Source: Zygnema circumcarinatum SAG 698-1b
Lineage: Eukaryota > Plantae > Zygnematophyceae
Assembly: GCA_037447605.1 (NCBI GenBank)
Contig: CM074815.1
Span: 1,798,001-1,862,000, forward strand
Length of the DNA stretch: 64,000 nucleotides
Direction of reading: 5' to 3'
Part shown: positions 24,597 through 36,666 of the stretch, in pieces
How the letters are laid out: the number at the start of each line of letters is the position of its first letter
Numbering within the stretch: the first letter of the stretch is position 1
The notes under the pieces: generated by a model
Told to the model about the DNA's origin: nothing
What the model saw: only the letters and a program-made list of their open reading frames with translations
Databases searched by the model: none
Program-made: the position numbers and the translations under genes

Positions 24597-27201
24597 CTAG
24601 CCATGGCCGCTCCTTTCCCTCCCACCCTTGCTATCCGCTTGTTTTGATGAGCTACCCACCTCAGTCTCTGGTCTTTCGGCCGCCCCTGCTCTGTTCTCAG
24701 CCTTCTGCCCGTCTTGCAAGTCGTTTGAAATTGACGGAGTGGCTTCAGCACTCTCTATCAGAAGCTCATTATCAATTGCCCCTTGCACCTTAGCCCCTTG
24801 CACTTCACCGCCGTTTCCTTGCACTGAATCCCGTTCTCCCGCGTCATCATTCTTTTCTGGCAAAGCAGCAGTGGCAGTAGTGGCAGCGGCAGCACTGGTA
24901 GCGGCGGCAGTGGTAGCAGTTGCGGTAGTGGTAGTGGTGGTGGTGGTGGTTGTGGTAGTGGTGGTGGTGACTGCCTTGAGTTGGAGTCAGGGAACTCAAT
25001 AACCGACGTCAGACTCTCGCTACGAGAACACATTATCTATGTACTAAACAAAAAACTAAAAAAAAAAACTAAACTAAATGAATGAATGAATGTTTGAGTA
25101 TGCAGAGGGTACGAATCACACACACCTGTGGGAGCACATAGATGAAGCGTGCATCCTCCTCGAACGGCACAGGGCGATAAGCAACACAGACATCACACAG
25201 CTCGCAATTGTAGCGGTACTGCCTCTCAACTCCCCGTTCCCTGTGACAGCCATTTTCCTCCACAAGTTGTCATCAATTCCAACGTCTATGACTGCAAATG
25301 CGACCAAAGAAGAAGGATTCGCTTTCTGCAGCCTCCCGCATTTTGTGGCATGCAGCTGTGATGGTTTAGCGAAAACAATAGTTCACAAGACGCTGCCGTC
25401 ATGTTGCTCTGCTGAGAATGCCGAAAGCTAATAGACGGGGGAGTATTTGAACTCCAACAGCTGACTACCTCTTAAGCAATCTGGTGGCCCCCTTCACACA
25501 TGCAAGCGAAACAAGGTCCTGCGTAGTGTCAACCACCCTCGACCCATCGGTCTTCCTCTCCGGCATCTCGGTCAATGGTCTCGCTGCATGACATCACAAT
25601 CAATGTTCAGACTCATCCAGTCAGCTATATTGATAGCTACGACTCATCTACTTCAAACAGCACTTGCCTCTATACAGTTCTACTCAAATCGCAGCTCAGT
25701 CCACTTGCGCACTGGAATTGATATTGAGCCATAACAATGGAGTTTGCCAAACACTGCATGTCTCCAGGTAAGCCTAAAGCAATAGGTTGCAATGCATATA
25801 GAGGTATCAGTTTGGCAGCAAGAATTTTTCCATATTTCCGGACACTGCTCTCGTAGTGGCTGAGAGACCACTCGGCCCTAATCAACACTGTGATTGTGGA
25901 AGTCTTCAGCACCACTTTAAATGATAATCTTCCCTGAGTGATCTGAACTGCCTACGGCAAATTTTTAAAGCTAACACACATGCTGGATTTCCCGTTAGGT
26001 CGTTTCTTCCATAACATTGACCTGTTGAGGCCTGTATAATTGGTAGTTTTTTTAAAATGAGCTTGCATTATCATCAACCCATAACTCCTTATGTGAGATA
26101 ATTAACACGAGGCGCAGTTCAAAACATGCATGACGCATGACTGTGCATCCGCTTACAAAGTTTGAAACAGAAGTGGGAGCAAGCGGAACAGCGATAGAGG
26201 ACCCTTGCCGCATCCGCTTGAGTCCTTCGCCGTCTCTCCTCCTCTCTCGCTCGCACACTCCAGCCACCACGCTCTTCACTGTCATCCTGATGACCACACG
26301 TTGCAAGTCCTCAAGAAGTAAGCCCAGCAACTTCACATCTTACTGCAGAGCAAGTGTGAATTGACCACTTTAAAATCAACGTCACACGTCTACATAATCC
26401 CCCAGCACAGAGTGCATAGAGAGATCATCCCATACTTTTGAACACGCAAAACTGCTCTTTACAGCACTGAACTGCTTTATATGTCAAAGTGGATTTTGGC
26501 CGAATCTACACAACTGCAAAATACTTTCGTCTCACCTTGTCATAGCTCACAAGAAGACCTTCATGTTGCGGCTTCAGTTTGTGGCCATTGGTTTTCCACA
26601 TTGCAGCTGTTGCCTGCTTAAGCCAATCCCACCCCAACCAATACATCCTCCAGTGAGACACCTCTATATTCTCCTTCAACACTCATGAGTTCACAGAACG
26701 ATTAACGAATTCAACCAAGTGCAAGGTGTATGAAGAGGACCTGCTGCTTTTCCTGGAAGTCCACGAAGCACATGGTGCGAACCTGCGTACATGAGAAGGC
26801 AGTTGTCAACATCTGTGTTACCCCACTCGCTTTCTTCGCACGATTTGCCACTAACACGCTCCCTAAAAATCTCCTTCCTATAGACTTCAGAGTTGTTGAA
26901 GCTAATCCTAAATCTTCACCAGATGCTCCAGGAGAAGCTTACCCGGCGGAAGGCGATGAAGCCCGGCAAGTCGCGGAACAACTGCACACGTCCGCCCATC
27001 CATGGCGGCCCGTCAGCCCTAGCAGCGGCGGGTCGACCTCCACGGAGGGGTGAGAGAGAGGGAGGGAGCGCTGACCGCCTCAAGAAGGTCGGAGGGCGTC
27101 CCGGGCGTCACGTTGGTCACGTACAGCGTGCGAGAAGTGTGCACCCACGCACGCCCCTTGAAGGTGCTCGGACTCTCCTTTGCTCCCCCCCGCGCCGCCA
27201 T
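24597..27201 (-). CDS. RRM + STEEP1/CXorf56 (UPF0428)-like domain fusion protein with poly-Thr/Ala linker and acidic tail
   Basis: Spliced exons give RTLYVTNVTPGTPSDLLEA|LFRDLPGFIAFRR|VRTMCFVDFQEKQQ|ATAAMWKTNGHKL...LVSYDK (RRM). Then LYRCSACSHFCFKL|SRPLTEMPERKTDGSRVVD...LR|...GVERQYRYNCELCDVCVAYRP...FIYVLPQ|AV (STEEP1-like). TAG at 24597-24599. Confidence 0.8.
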
Positions 27202-27359
27202 GGCTCCTCCCCTCCCGGCTGCCTGCCTGCCTCCTCCCTCTCCCTCTCCCTTTCCCTCTCCCTTTCCCTCTCCTGCCTTTGACGTCCTTGGCTTTCTGCA
27301 AAGGGAGGGAGGCCACTGCCAGTGGCGAGGTTTGAACCAGGACCTCCCGCCCCGTGTTC

Positions 27360-27462
27360 GTACATTGTACAATTTTCGTACGGTATGGTACAGTACTGTA
27401 CGTCCTTTAGTACAGTACGGTACGTCCTTTAGTACAGTACTGTACTGTAAGGTGTACCGTAC
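27360..27462. promoter_or_regulatory. Extreme GTAC cluster upstream of the RRM-STEEP1 gene
   Basis: 14 GTAC in 103 bp by hand count, including a duplicated gtacgtcctttagtacagtac (27398 and 27420). Confidence 0.5.
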
Positions 27463-28366
27463 ACTCGTGTGTTGACTTCATCGAAATAGTCGAGCTCGAC
27501 GCGCCTAGCCTATTAAAGTCATGTTGACTTTATCGGAATCCGAAAGCGCAAAGTGTGTCGACAGATGAAAATGTACCAAGAGAGGCATGTTGAATATGGG
27601 CATTCATGCTTTCGCTTCATGCTAGTTCTAGGGCTCGCTTTCCTTTGAGGGCCCTCATGGGTCATGCATGCATGGCCTGTGCGTTGGGGCACTGCTTACC
27701 ACATCTCCCTCTACTGCTGTGCATTGGCTCGTCTCTCTGTACCTATACAGAAGCAGATTTCAACTTGTAGCTTTTTTCTTTCGTCTTTCGATCATTGGTT
27801 TCCCATGAAGTCTTCGTCCATGCACATTTTATAGCATCGCCATGGGTGAGATCAATGCTCAAATACCCCCCCTGCCCCTCTACCTGCCATTCTCCCCTTC
27901 GCCCGCTTTGACGCAATTTCCTAGCAGTTAGATGCAAAATCGAATGCGGACAAGACTGCAACCCAAAGGTTTAACTACAGGGTTCCCCATGAACTAAGTG
28001 ATAGGGTTCAGCATGCATTAGCCGGATGGTATGGGATGCTACCCTCGCCAATGTGAGTATTCAGCCAAACCCGCCAGACATCACACTCGATGCTTTCCTG
28101 TCATGTGTCAGTTTGGTGACAACTGCCAAAGCCAAGTTCAATTTCTCGACTCCTTGTTACAACTATCGACGCATGAGCACTGATTTTAGTGCACAATCAA
28201 TTGTTTCCGTTCTCTCATGTGTGCTTCCACCGCCATGAGAATTACCACAAACGTTGCTACGGTCCTCAGCAGCTTATTGCAAATGTACAGCTACAGAGAA
28301 AGAGCATTACAGGCTGCAGATTAGCACGCGGCATCTCCAATGTACAGGTCCTACCGGATGCTAACC

Positions 28367-30267
28367 CTAAATGTTCTTCTTCTCCACCTTTTCTCCATGC
28401 GACGCAGCATCTCTTAGCCCCAAACTTGCAGCCACAGCAGACAGCCCCTGTGCAGCCCTCTCCCCAACCTCACGCCCCGCCTTTGCCAAACTGTAAGGGG
28501 CTGCTTCCATAGGTTCAAGCTGATCTCCTCCCACAGTCACCCATCCTTCAGACTCTGAATCCACACCAGGGTCTGACAGCACATTTGGTCTGCTCTCCTG
28601 CCAACCCCTGCCTCTCTCGCCACCTCTCCACTGCTCATCAATAGGCTCGCCTTCCAATTCAGCAGACTCGGACTGAAGAACAGTTCTCGAACTCCACAGT
28701 CGTGGTTGTCTCTCTCCAATTGCTTCGAAGCTGCTGTCTTGCCTCTCAACGATCTCATTGTCCATCAAATCATCATCATCACCTTCAGTGGAAGAGAATC
28801 GTGCACCAACCACATCACGAGCCTGCTGAAACGGCTCTCCCACACTGTTCCGACTCCCCGACCGACGCTTCAGCACACCGCCACCAGCAGCAATCAATCC
28901 TGATGCTCCTACAGGCATGTCTTCTTCATCAATATCGGACACTTCAAGAGATGGAGGGTCTTCTCCGCCGTCAACACCCCTGCGCTTAGCCAACTCTTCA
29001 GCTGCTTCGGCAACATGGAAAGCCATAGCCACATCTTGTGGGACGTCAGGGAGGGCGCGGCTTCGCCACAGGCGGGGCAGAAGGGCACTGCGGCAGCAGA
29101 TGAGCAGCAGGAGAAGCTCAAAGGAGAGAAGGGCGACCAACACCCACACCAAACTAGTCAGCTGCAAGAACCGGAGCAATGCTCCCAGTCCCGACGGAGA
29201 ACTGTCGATGGTTAACTGAGCTGCATAGAGCTCCGGTAGTCCCTGGGCAGGAGACAACCCCGACTTTGGCTCGAGCAGGACGCGTATGGCGGCGGTGGGA
29301 GTGACTCCCTCTTTCGTCCGAAGCATATCCAATTTCAGCACCTGGTGATCCTCTAAAAGGCCCGCCAAAAGTGGGAGAGCGAAAATCATCTCTCTCGCTA
29401 GCCTTACAAGCAGGCTGCGCCACCTCAGCATGCAGGGCACGCTTGAGCGAGCCAGCACTTGTCTCTCGGAAGAAAGCGCCTCAGCTGTCACCTGCACTCA
29501 CTCCAAAGCCCTGTTGTTCTGCTGTCAAATTTCACATCTCGCCTTCCTGGTCAACTAACACGTGCAAAATCTCGCGCCCTCAACGTATTAGGTCCACAAT
29601 TTTCAGTTTTACACTTTCAGTTTTACTTTTTTCACTTTTTTTCAGTTTTGTTCTTGCGAGTAAAAATATGGCTCGTCGCTGATAATGGAAAGTCAGAGAA
29701 CATTGGAAGAGGATAAAAATGCGGATGCCTGCAGCAGGTATGAAAGGATGTACAGTGTAATCGTTTTAGAAAAAGAGCGGGGGGGGGGGAAGGGGAGAGA
29801 AACAGGGTGGGAGATAAACGAAGGATAACTATCTTAGCCTTATACTTTCAGAGCAAGTAGAACCGCACCTGAAACATGCCGAGCGCTCTGTTGTGGTCCG
29901 ACTCAGGCAGAGTGAGTGCCAGCTGCACCTTGTAAGGCTGCCCCTTGGGAATGGCCCGCCACCCCGCCGCCTTGAGCGCCATCTCCGCGCTCGGCTGTGC
30001 GCTGCGGTAGTCAAACTGCAGCGCCTGCGAGGCCTTGAGGGCGGGCGGGGACATGCGCCACGCGAGCAGCAGCGCCAGCGGGACGGCCACGGCCAGCAGG
30101 AGCGCCAGCACCGCCGCCACATATACGCACGCCAGCAGGCCGCGACCCACGCGCCAGCCCATGCCCACCTCCTCCACCTCCCCTGCGCTGCGCACCGTCG
30201 TTAGGGCACCTCCGCCCGGCAGGTGCAGGGAACCGAGGGACGCTGCTCCCACCGCCGGTTCTTCCAT
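28367..30267 (-). CDS. SEIPIN: Seipin (lipid-droplet biogenesis protein), 2 exons
   Basis: TM1 (LLACVYVAAVLALLLAVAVPLALLLAW), then LQFDYRS...QPYKVQLALTLPESDHNRALGMFQ|VTAEAL...PCMLRWRSLLVRL...LPELYAAQLTIDS, TM2, and a disordered tail. Confidence 0.93.
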
Positions 30268-30475
30268 GCCGGCAAACTAGGGCTGTAGGGGACGAGGAGC
30301 ACCAGGAGGAGAGGAAGGGAGACCGAGGGAGAGGAGAGGAGAGGAGAGGAGGGTAGAGGGCGGGATCGGAGGGAGTGGTAGGGAGGGGAAGGGGCAAGAG
30401 AGGCGTTTCCGTGCGCCGCAGTAAGAAACTGTGACGGCCGACGGAAACGCTCGCTGGAACTGCTGGAAAAGAATG

Positions 30476-31269
30476 CCACGTGGTGGATGGACGTGAACGG
30501 CCACGTGGCGCTTGAGCTGGCTACGGTGTAAAGCTGCCAGGTGGCAATGCAGCTGCGGCGAGGGCGGCGGCCGACGGGCGGACGGCTGGCGCTTTCCAAC
30601 GGTCAACGGGCAACGAGGCGACACGTGGCGTTTCCATGCGACAAAGATCTCAATTCGGAATAATGTGACAGCCAACTGTCACAGAACAGTGTGATGACAC
30701 GTGGCGTGTCCGCGAGCAAAGTCCGGAAGTCTCGCACGCGGCATCCGCTACGGCATGGCACAGGCATGGGTTCGACAGCCATTGCCAGACATTGGAGCCA
30801 ACCATTGGCATCCGATGGTTGCGACCATTCCCAATGCTTGATTCGGTACGACGCCATTGGAATGGTTGGCAACCATTGGCATCCAATGGTTGTGATCATT
30901 GCCAATGCTTGATTTGGTACGACGCCATTGGAGTGGTTGGCAACCATTGGCATCCAAGGGGTTGTGAACTATTGATTTGAGACGATTTGTTAGGCCTGAC
31001 ACGCCCTTTTGCAACCATTAGGGCTAGAAGCGGAAATTAGCAGAAAAGAAGCGGAAAGTGATCTCACGATGGCAAGGCCATCAAATGTACATGGGCAAAA
31101 GTCAGCATGGGGAACCACGAGGAACTGGTGGTCCTTCTGGTCGCAAAGGACCACTAGGTGGTTTGATGCCAATCATTGCAAATAGTTGCCAACCATTGGC
31201 TCGCGACCAACCATCCATTGCAATGGTCCACAGGCCTGCCCTTTTCCTTTGGGATGTGTAACACGTGGC
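30476..31269. promoter_or_regulatory. Five G-box/ABRE motifs in the seipin / plastid-protein divergent promoter
   Basis: CCACGTGG 30476, CCACGTGGC 30501, GACACGTGGC 30620 and 30696, ACACGTGGC 31261. Confidence 0.5.
30799..30965. repeat. 71-bp tandem repeat (~2.4 copies) containing the AACCATTGG-CAT-CCAATGGTT palindrome
   Basis: Units start at 30799, 30870 and 30941 (exact 71-bp period). Degenerate relatives lie at ~30780 and ~31170-31230. Confidence 0.9.
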
Positions 31270-31457
31270 AGCGCATGATTTGCTTTTCCTCGCTGACCTC
31301 CCGTCCCATTGGAGCAAAGTTATTTTATTCTGCCCACAATATAGTTTTTGTCTGCCCGAAATTTGCAAGCAGCTGCTGCTTGAATGGGGCTCTATGGAAG
31401 CTACCCTCCCCGCGCTCTGGCGCCCTCGGGATGCGATGGAGGCCGGCTTGGCCCGCC

Positions 31458-32337
31458 ATGGCTGCTGCAAGGCGCTGGCCAGGCATGGCGCCCGCTATGC
31501 AGCTGCAGGGTCAGATAACGGCAAGCCATGGTGGTGAGGAAGGCAAGCTTGCTGAGGGCCTCCTTCCTGCAATACTGCCACTCTTGTTTTCGCGTCCTTC
31601 AGGTTGTTTGTATTGGCTGCAGTTTCAGGCGTTTGTTAGATTTTTTTTGCGTTCTGCATCCAGCATCATTTGAAAAGAACCTTATTTGTTCCTCCTTGCA
31701 ATGGCGCATCAGCCATGGCAAGCTGCCAGGTCTGCGTCGAAGGTGGGCAAAGCAGTTCCAAATACGCTCTATTGAAAGGCATGGAAGTCTCCTTCACGTT
31801 ATTTCTGCCGAGGGTGAAGTGCGCTCATTTTTGAGACCGAGAATAGGTTGTCATGCGCGGGGAGGATCACAGCTGGCATGCAGCGTTGAAAGCCAGCATG
31901 TAAGCAGTTCGCAGGTCGAGGAAGACTCCCAGGAGGAGCAGCGTCCTCGAGGTAGTTTATCTCTCTTGCTGTATCCAATCCTGGAATTAATTCTGAAACT
32001 GTTTTGCTATTTTTATTTCGGTCAAGTAAATGTCACCAAAAGGCAAACCACCGTGGGCGCTTCAGTTCCTCTGTAAATTCGTTTCCAAGTTCCCACTTTT
32101 CATTTTGTTACACGTTCTAATTTCTGGTACTTGATACCTTTATGTAGTAAGATTGAAGGATGATAAATGCTGACTTCTTTCATGTACGAATCGACTTACT
32201 AAGAAAGTCGTATAGGCTGTCGCATGCTCTTTTTAGGCAATGCCAAGTATGCACATTTTGCAAGTTTTTTAAAATCTGCACTCGTGGACTGAACAAAGGT
32301 CACTCAATGAGATCATCATCATCGAGAAAAAAAAAAG

Positions 32338-32372
<35 letters not shown>

Positions 32373-34519
32373 AATATGCAGTGTTGGCACCTCATTCGAT
32401 CATGTACACAAAGGATGACTTTGTATTGTTTTGTTTTGCTAAGTTTGTGTTGTTTTTGTCTAAATGTTTTTTTGCGGTTACAGGTGGCTTGCTCAGTTGG
32501 GTGAAGGGAGCCTGGAAGCGTGGGGGCGTGCAAGCGGATGCGGCTGAGTGAGCACCTCTCTTTTTATAAATTCGCTAGGCATTGTTTGTCATTTTTTGGC
32601 AAGAGATGTAGATGAGGAGAGGGAGGAAGTAAGGAGGGAGAAAGAGGGAACAGGGTCCTAAGTGCAAATGAGAAAAGAGGTGTAGAACGGAAGGGCAAAA
32701 GTGAACGGAATATTTATTTGAAGAGGGGCTTTTGCATTGGCATTGGCATGTATCCAGTAGGCATGCGTGCTAGTAAATGATTTTGGTTTTGAAGGGGCTT
32801 TCCCATCCACTTAAATAATTTGATGACCGCGGTTGCAGTAAGAGCCTTGGATTTGGATTCAAAAACGTCAAACACATCCTCAAGTAATCTTAATTGTAAA
32901 TATGCTTAGAGAAGAAATGCATTTTTTCCAGTAGGCAAGGTCTATAAGGAACTTCTTGGAGATATTTCCGAAGCCGACTTCATTTCGTATGATAGACAAG
33001 GAAAGGGCTGTCTCAGGAAGCGCTCATCGAGGGAAGCCTCTGTCAGGGTGGCTGGGCAGTTGAAGAAGTATGGCCTGGCAGGCGTCCTGGCGTATGGCCT
33101 TTTGAACACTATCTACTATTCAGCTATGTTTATGTTTGCATGGTAAGGTGCTTAAACAATGCCCTTTCCTGTTGGTCTTAAATCAGGTGTTACATACTCA
33201 AAACCTCTGGTGAGGTGATATAACCCGGACAACCAATCGGTTTCATTCTGTAACCAAGGCCAATGTGGGTACAGGCTTTTCATTGCACCTTCACCACGAG
33301 GATTAGGACTGCGTGGAGCTGCGGAGAGGTACCCAAACCTTTATATTAGCCTCCCATTTCCTTTCATAGGCTTTGCAAAGCCTGCTCCTAAGCTCATAAA
33401 GCGGTAGAGCTTCTTTTGGATTGGCAACTATTAGAGTAGCCTACCAATGCCTTCAGTCTTCTTATAGGGACTGGACTATGTTTGCAGCATTGCTTTCTGT
33501 GTGTGTGATTACTCTTCCCCGCCAGAGGTTGGATTTTCTTCAATTTACCGAAAAACGTTTATATTTAAAGGACCCTCTGCGTGAACCTCTGGTCCAGGTT
33601 CTTAAAGGTGTTCACCGTCGTGTGGGCTGGAAGCCAAGTAACGAAGCTGCTTCGTGCAGGCGGGTGGGTCTCATGATTACTCTCTTGTTTACTTGAAACA
33701 AATGTTAGCACATAGCCCTGCCTGCAGCGTAAGGAGGTCTATGCAATTGAAGGAGTGTCAGCTAACTGTCCAACTCTATGTACGTAAGGAGTGTCGTAAA
33801 GGTGGTAAGCAGACAGGAAGGCAATTATGTGCACATGCGACTCCATTTCATTACTTTGGAGGTCGAATGCACGTAGGCATTCGCGTAGGCAGGATTCCTG
33901 TCACTCCTCATGGTTCGCTGGCATGGAATTTGAAACCTATTTCTGCTGGAAGTACTCGTTTCAGCTCGTGCTGAGTACTGGGGTCACTTATTATGCATAA
34001 TGGGTGCAGTGCTTTGGTTCTAGCTCCCATTGCTGACCAAGCCCTCCTGCAACTCCAGCAGACATTCAACTTGAAGTCACCAGCTAAGGTGTGCCCTGAC
34101 CTCCCTTATTACTTCACTTTCTCCTGCTGTGGTTTCGTTGTTCTTGAAGCCAATGGATTTTCGTAAGCTGACAAACTAACTGAGCCTTCTGCTTTGTACC
34201 TTCTGGCTCGTTGAAACTCTTTTTGTCTCTCCCTCCCACCTCCCCTTCCCTTTCCCACTCCCCCCTACCCCTTCCCCTCCTCCCCTCCTCCCCTCCTCCC
34301 CTCCTCCCCTCCTCCCCTCTTCCCCTTCCCCCTCCCCCTTCCGGTCCACCCCCCCCACCCTCTCCCTCTTTCAAGCTCCCTCTGTCTTTACGAAAACTGC
34401 TTCTAAGAAGGGCTTTGTTTGAGGATGGTATTGTTTGGCAGGCTTTCGTCCTGGTGGTTTCCTTCTGCGTCGTGTTAGCACTTTTGCTGTTCTCGGTAGT
34501 GGTTTCACTCTGGGCCTGA
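31458..34519 (+). CDS. Conserved plastid-type membrane protein of unknown function (At2g38695-like)
   Basis: Exons encode QLKKYGLAGVLAYGLLNTIYY...W|LFIAPSPRGLG...ER|FLKVFTVVWAGSQVTKLLRAG|ALVLAPIADQAL...K|AFVLVVSFCVVLALLLFSVVVSLWA*. The 5' exons and start are less certain. Confidence 0.8.
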
Positions 34520-35380
34520 AGAGAAGCTTGGACGCGAGCAGGCATGTCCTCCCTCCCTTTCGTAGCAACTGCTGCCTGCGTCGCATGCTACGTTCCTCAT
34601 GACCCTGGACATGATGAAATGCATATGACTCTCTTCCCCTGCTAGAGTTCATTGCCGCATTGTAAGGCATTCTGTTTTTCTGTAGTGTCTCCTGTCTGTA
34701 CTGCAACCCCGGCAGGGAAGACATATATGTGTATGAGTGATTCCCTGTCATAAAATATGTTCGCATATAATGACTTTATCAAGTTACAGTTAAGAGAGAG
34801 TCAAGTTTTGGTTTCGGTTGGATTTGGCACATGCCGGTACGAGGGTGAATAGCTTGGCACTTCCAGTTGTGCATGTATCAGTCTACCTTTGGGGAATGTT
34901 TTTCCCAACAAGAAGAGTCCAAAAGTTTAGGGGCTGTTTAGTTCAATCTTACGCTAAACTGTTCATCCGCGCACATGACCCACATATGCCCCAAAATAGC
35001 AAAATTTCAAGTAGTAAATGAACTTTGTAATCCATGGTATACAGTTTGGTCACTTTCAGTAATAAATGCATGAGGCAGACGCTTGACTTACAGTCACATA
35101 GTCAACGGGCAATTACGCAGATTATTTCTATAGTAATTCTAGCCTGGAGGCCGACTCTCCTGAAAAGGACCATTTTTTACATTCCTGCGAGTACCTGCAC
35201 TGCAGTTCTCTGCTGCAATTCAAGCTGGAATTCGAAAAGTAAAGCTCAGTTTGACCATCTTTGATTTCTTTTTCCATCAACAGCTTGTCCTTGAAGAAAC
35301 GAAAAAGTTTCATTCCCAAACGCGGCATGTTTCTACCAATACAAGGCATTTCTAGGCTTATCAAGCGGCTTTTAAAAAAA

Positions 35381-35489
35381 GGGTTTGTAGGGTTTTAGAA
35401 AAACCCTAAAAACCCTAAAAACCCCACAAACATAAAAAAACCCTAAAAACCCTAAAAACCCTAAAAACCCTAAAAACCCTAAAACCCTA
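35381..35489. repeat. Interstitial telomere-like array (CCCTAAAAA)n preceded by short inverted GGGTTT(G/T)TAG units
   Basis: gggtttgtagggttttag followed by about eight ccctaaaa(a)-type units with one degenerate interruption. Confidence 0.8.
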
Positions 35490-35767
35490 GTATATGGCGT
35501 ATCTATTCAACAGTTCAAACATCCTTCATGTGCTGTGGCATGACGGGTGTAAGTTAGCAGACATGAACGAAGGCATAGAGAGGGATACAGAAACAGAAAA
35601 AGGTGTTCGGTTGCTCAATCAGGGGTTTCAAACTTAAAAATATCAAGACACAATTTGCTTCAAAAAAAAAGACTATCTTGTTGTTGCTGTTTGTTTTGTG
35701 AGAAAACATTACAGATTTCGAATTCAAACGAGTGACTCTTTCTAAGTGTGACCGCCCCCTCCTAATA

Positions 35768-35907
35768 GGGCGTGTTATTGTTTGACATTTCCCAAAAAAT
35801 AGAATTCGAACTTGTACGTGCATTCCTGCGAAATGAGTAAGTGGCAAATCGAACATACTGTTTTTGAAATAATTCGTGAAGCTCAATGTCAAAGGTCGAC
35901 ACTCCCC
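35768..35907. mobile_element. Possible small degenerate MITE
   Basis: gggcgtgttattgttttgacatt vs reverse complement of the right end, ggggagtgtcgacctttgacatt. Ends resemble the 11515 and 12172 termini. No clean TSD on the right. Confidence 0.3.
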
Positions 35908-36666
35908 TGTGCCCTCCACATCTCACAAAACTCAAGCTCGCTATAAAAATGACCTTTCCTGCTTGGGAAATGTTGGCAGGAACCGCTACCCTAACATGGA
36001 CGAGTCATAAGAAGATATAAGAAAGCAGCCACTGCAAAATTTATTTGCAGAAAAAATGATTGAATGGAGTGAAATTGAATAGGTGGCTAACTAGAAGTCG
36101 TAGCCTAAAAAATAGTCCAGCTCTCGCTAACTTCCTTTAGGCCCTACTGCGTAGAAACAGTTGCCCTTCTCTAGCCCTTGCGCTTGAGGAGAGTCAAAGG
36201 TCCCCCATAAAGATTCCTGTTATTTGTCCTGGTTTGTGATTTGGGTGTCTCATTCCTGACCAGTTCAGCAAGATGAAAGTCACGATCAGAGAACTGCGGA
36301 AATTTGGCAGGGGAGGGAGAGGAGCCACTCAAGGTGCTCAAAGCAGCCCAAAAGAAATGGGAAGGAAATGCTTCACAAGACATATCTTAATTTGGCGGAT
36401 TTTTTCCGATCAAACAAGAGGTGATCCACCTGCGGTAATTAGGCATAGCTTATTTTTTTGGCCCCCTTGCAATATCCCAAATTGGGTACCCTTCGCCCCT
36501 CTCCCCCCTCTGTGCAGAGACTTCAGTTAGAGTGCCAGTTGTCAAATCAGCACCTGTCCAACAGAGAAGAGAATTTGTGAGCTAATTGGAACTGAAGGTG
36601 AGGCCTTCAAATACCTTAGAAGGCGCAGAAAAGAGAATGAGGGGTTCTTGAAGCTGCTTCTTCCCG

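Noticed and set aside
30799-30965. CRISPR-like palindromic repeat array
   Set aside because: The whole 71-bp unit is repeated, there are no unique spacers or cas genes, and the context is eukaryotic.
32327-32370. 44-nt poly(A) run as a retroposon tail
   Set aside because: No TSD, SINE body or A/B boxes seen; treated as an intronic homopolymer.
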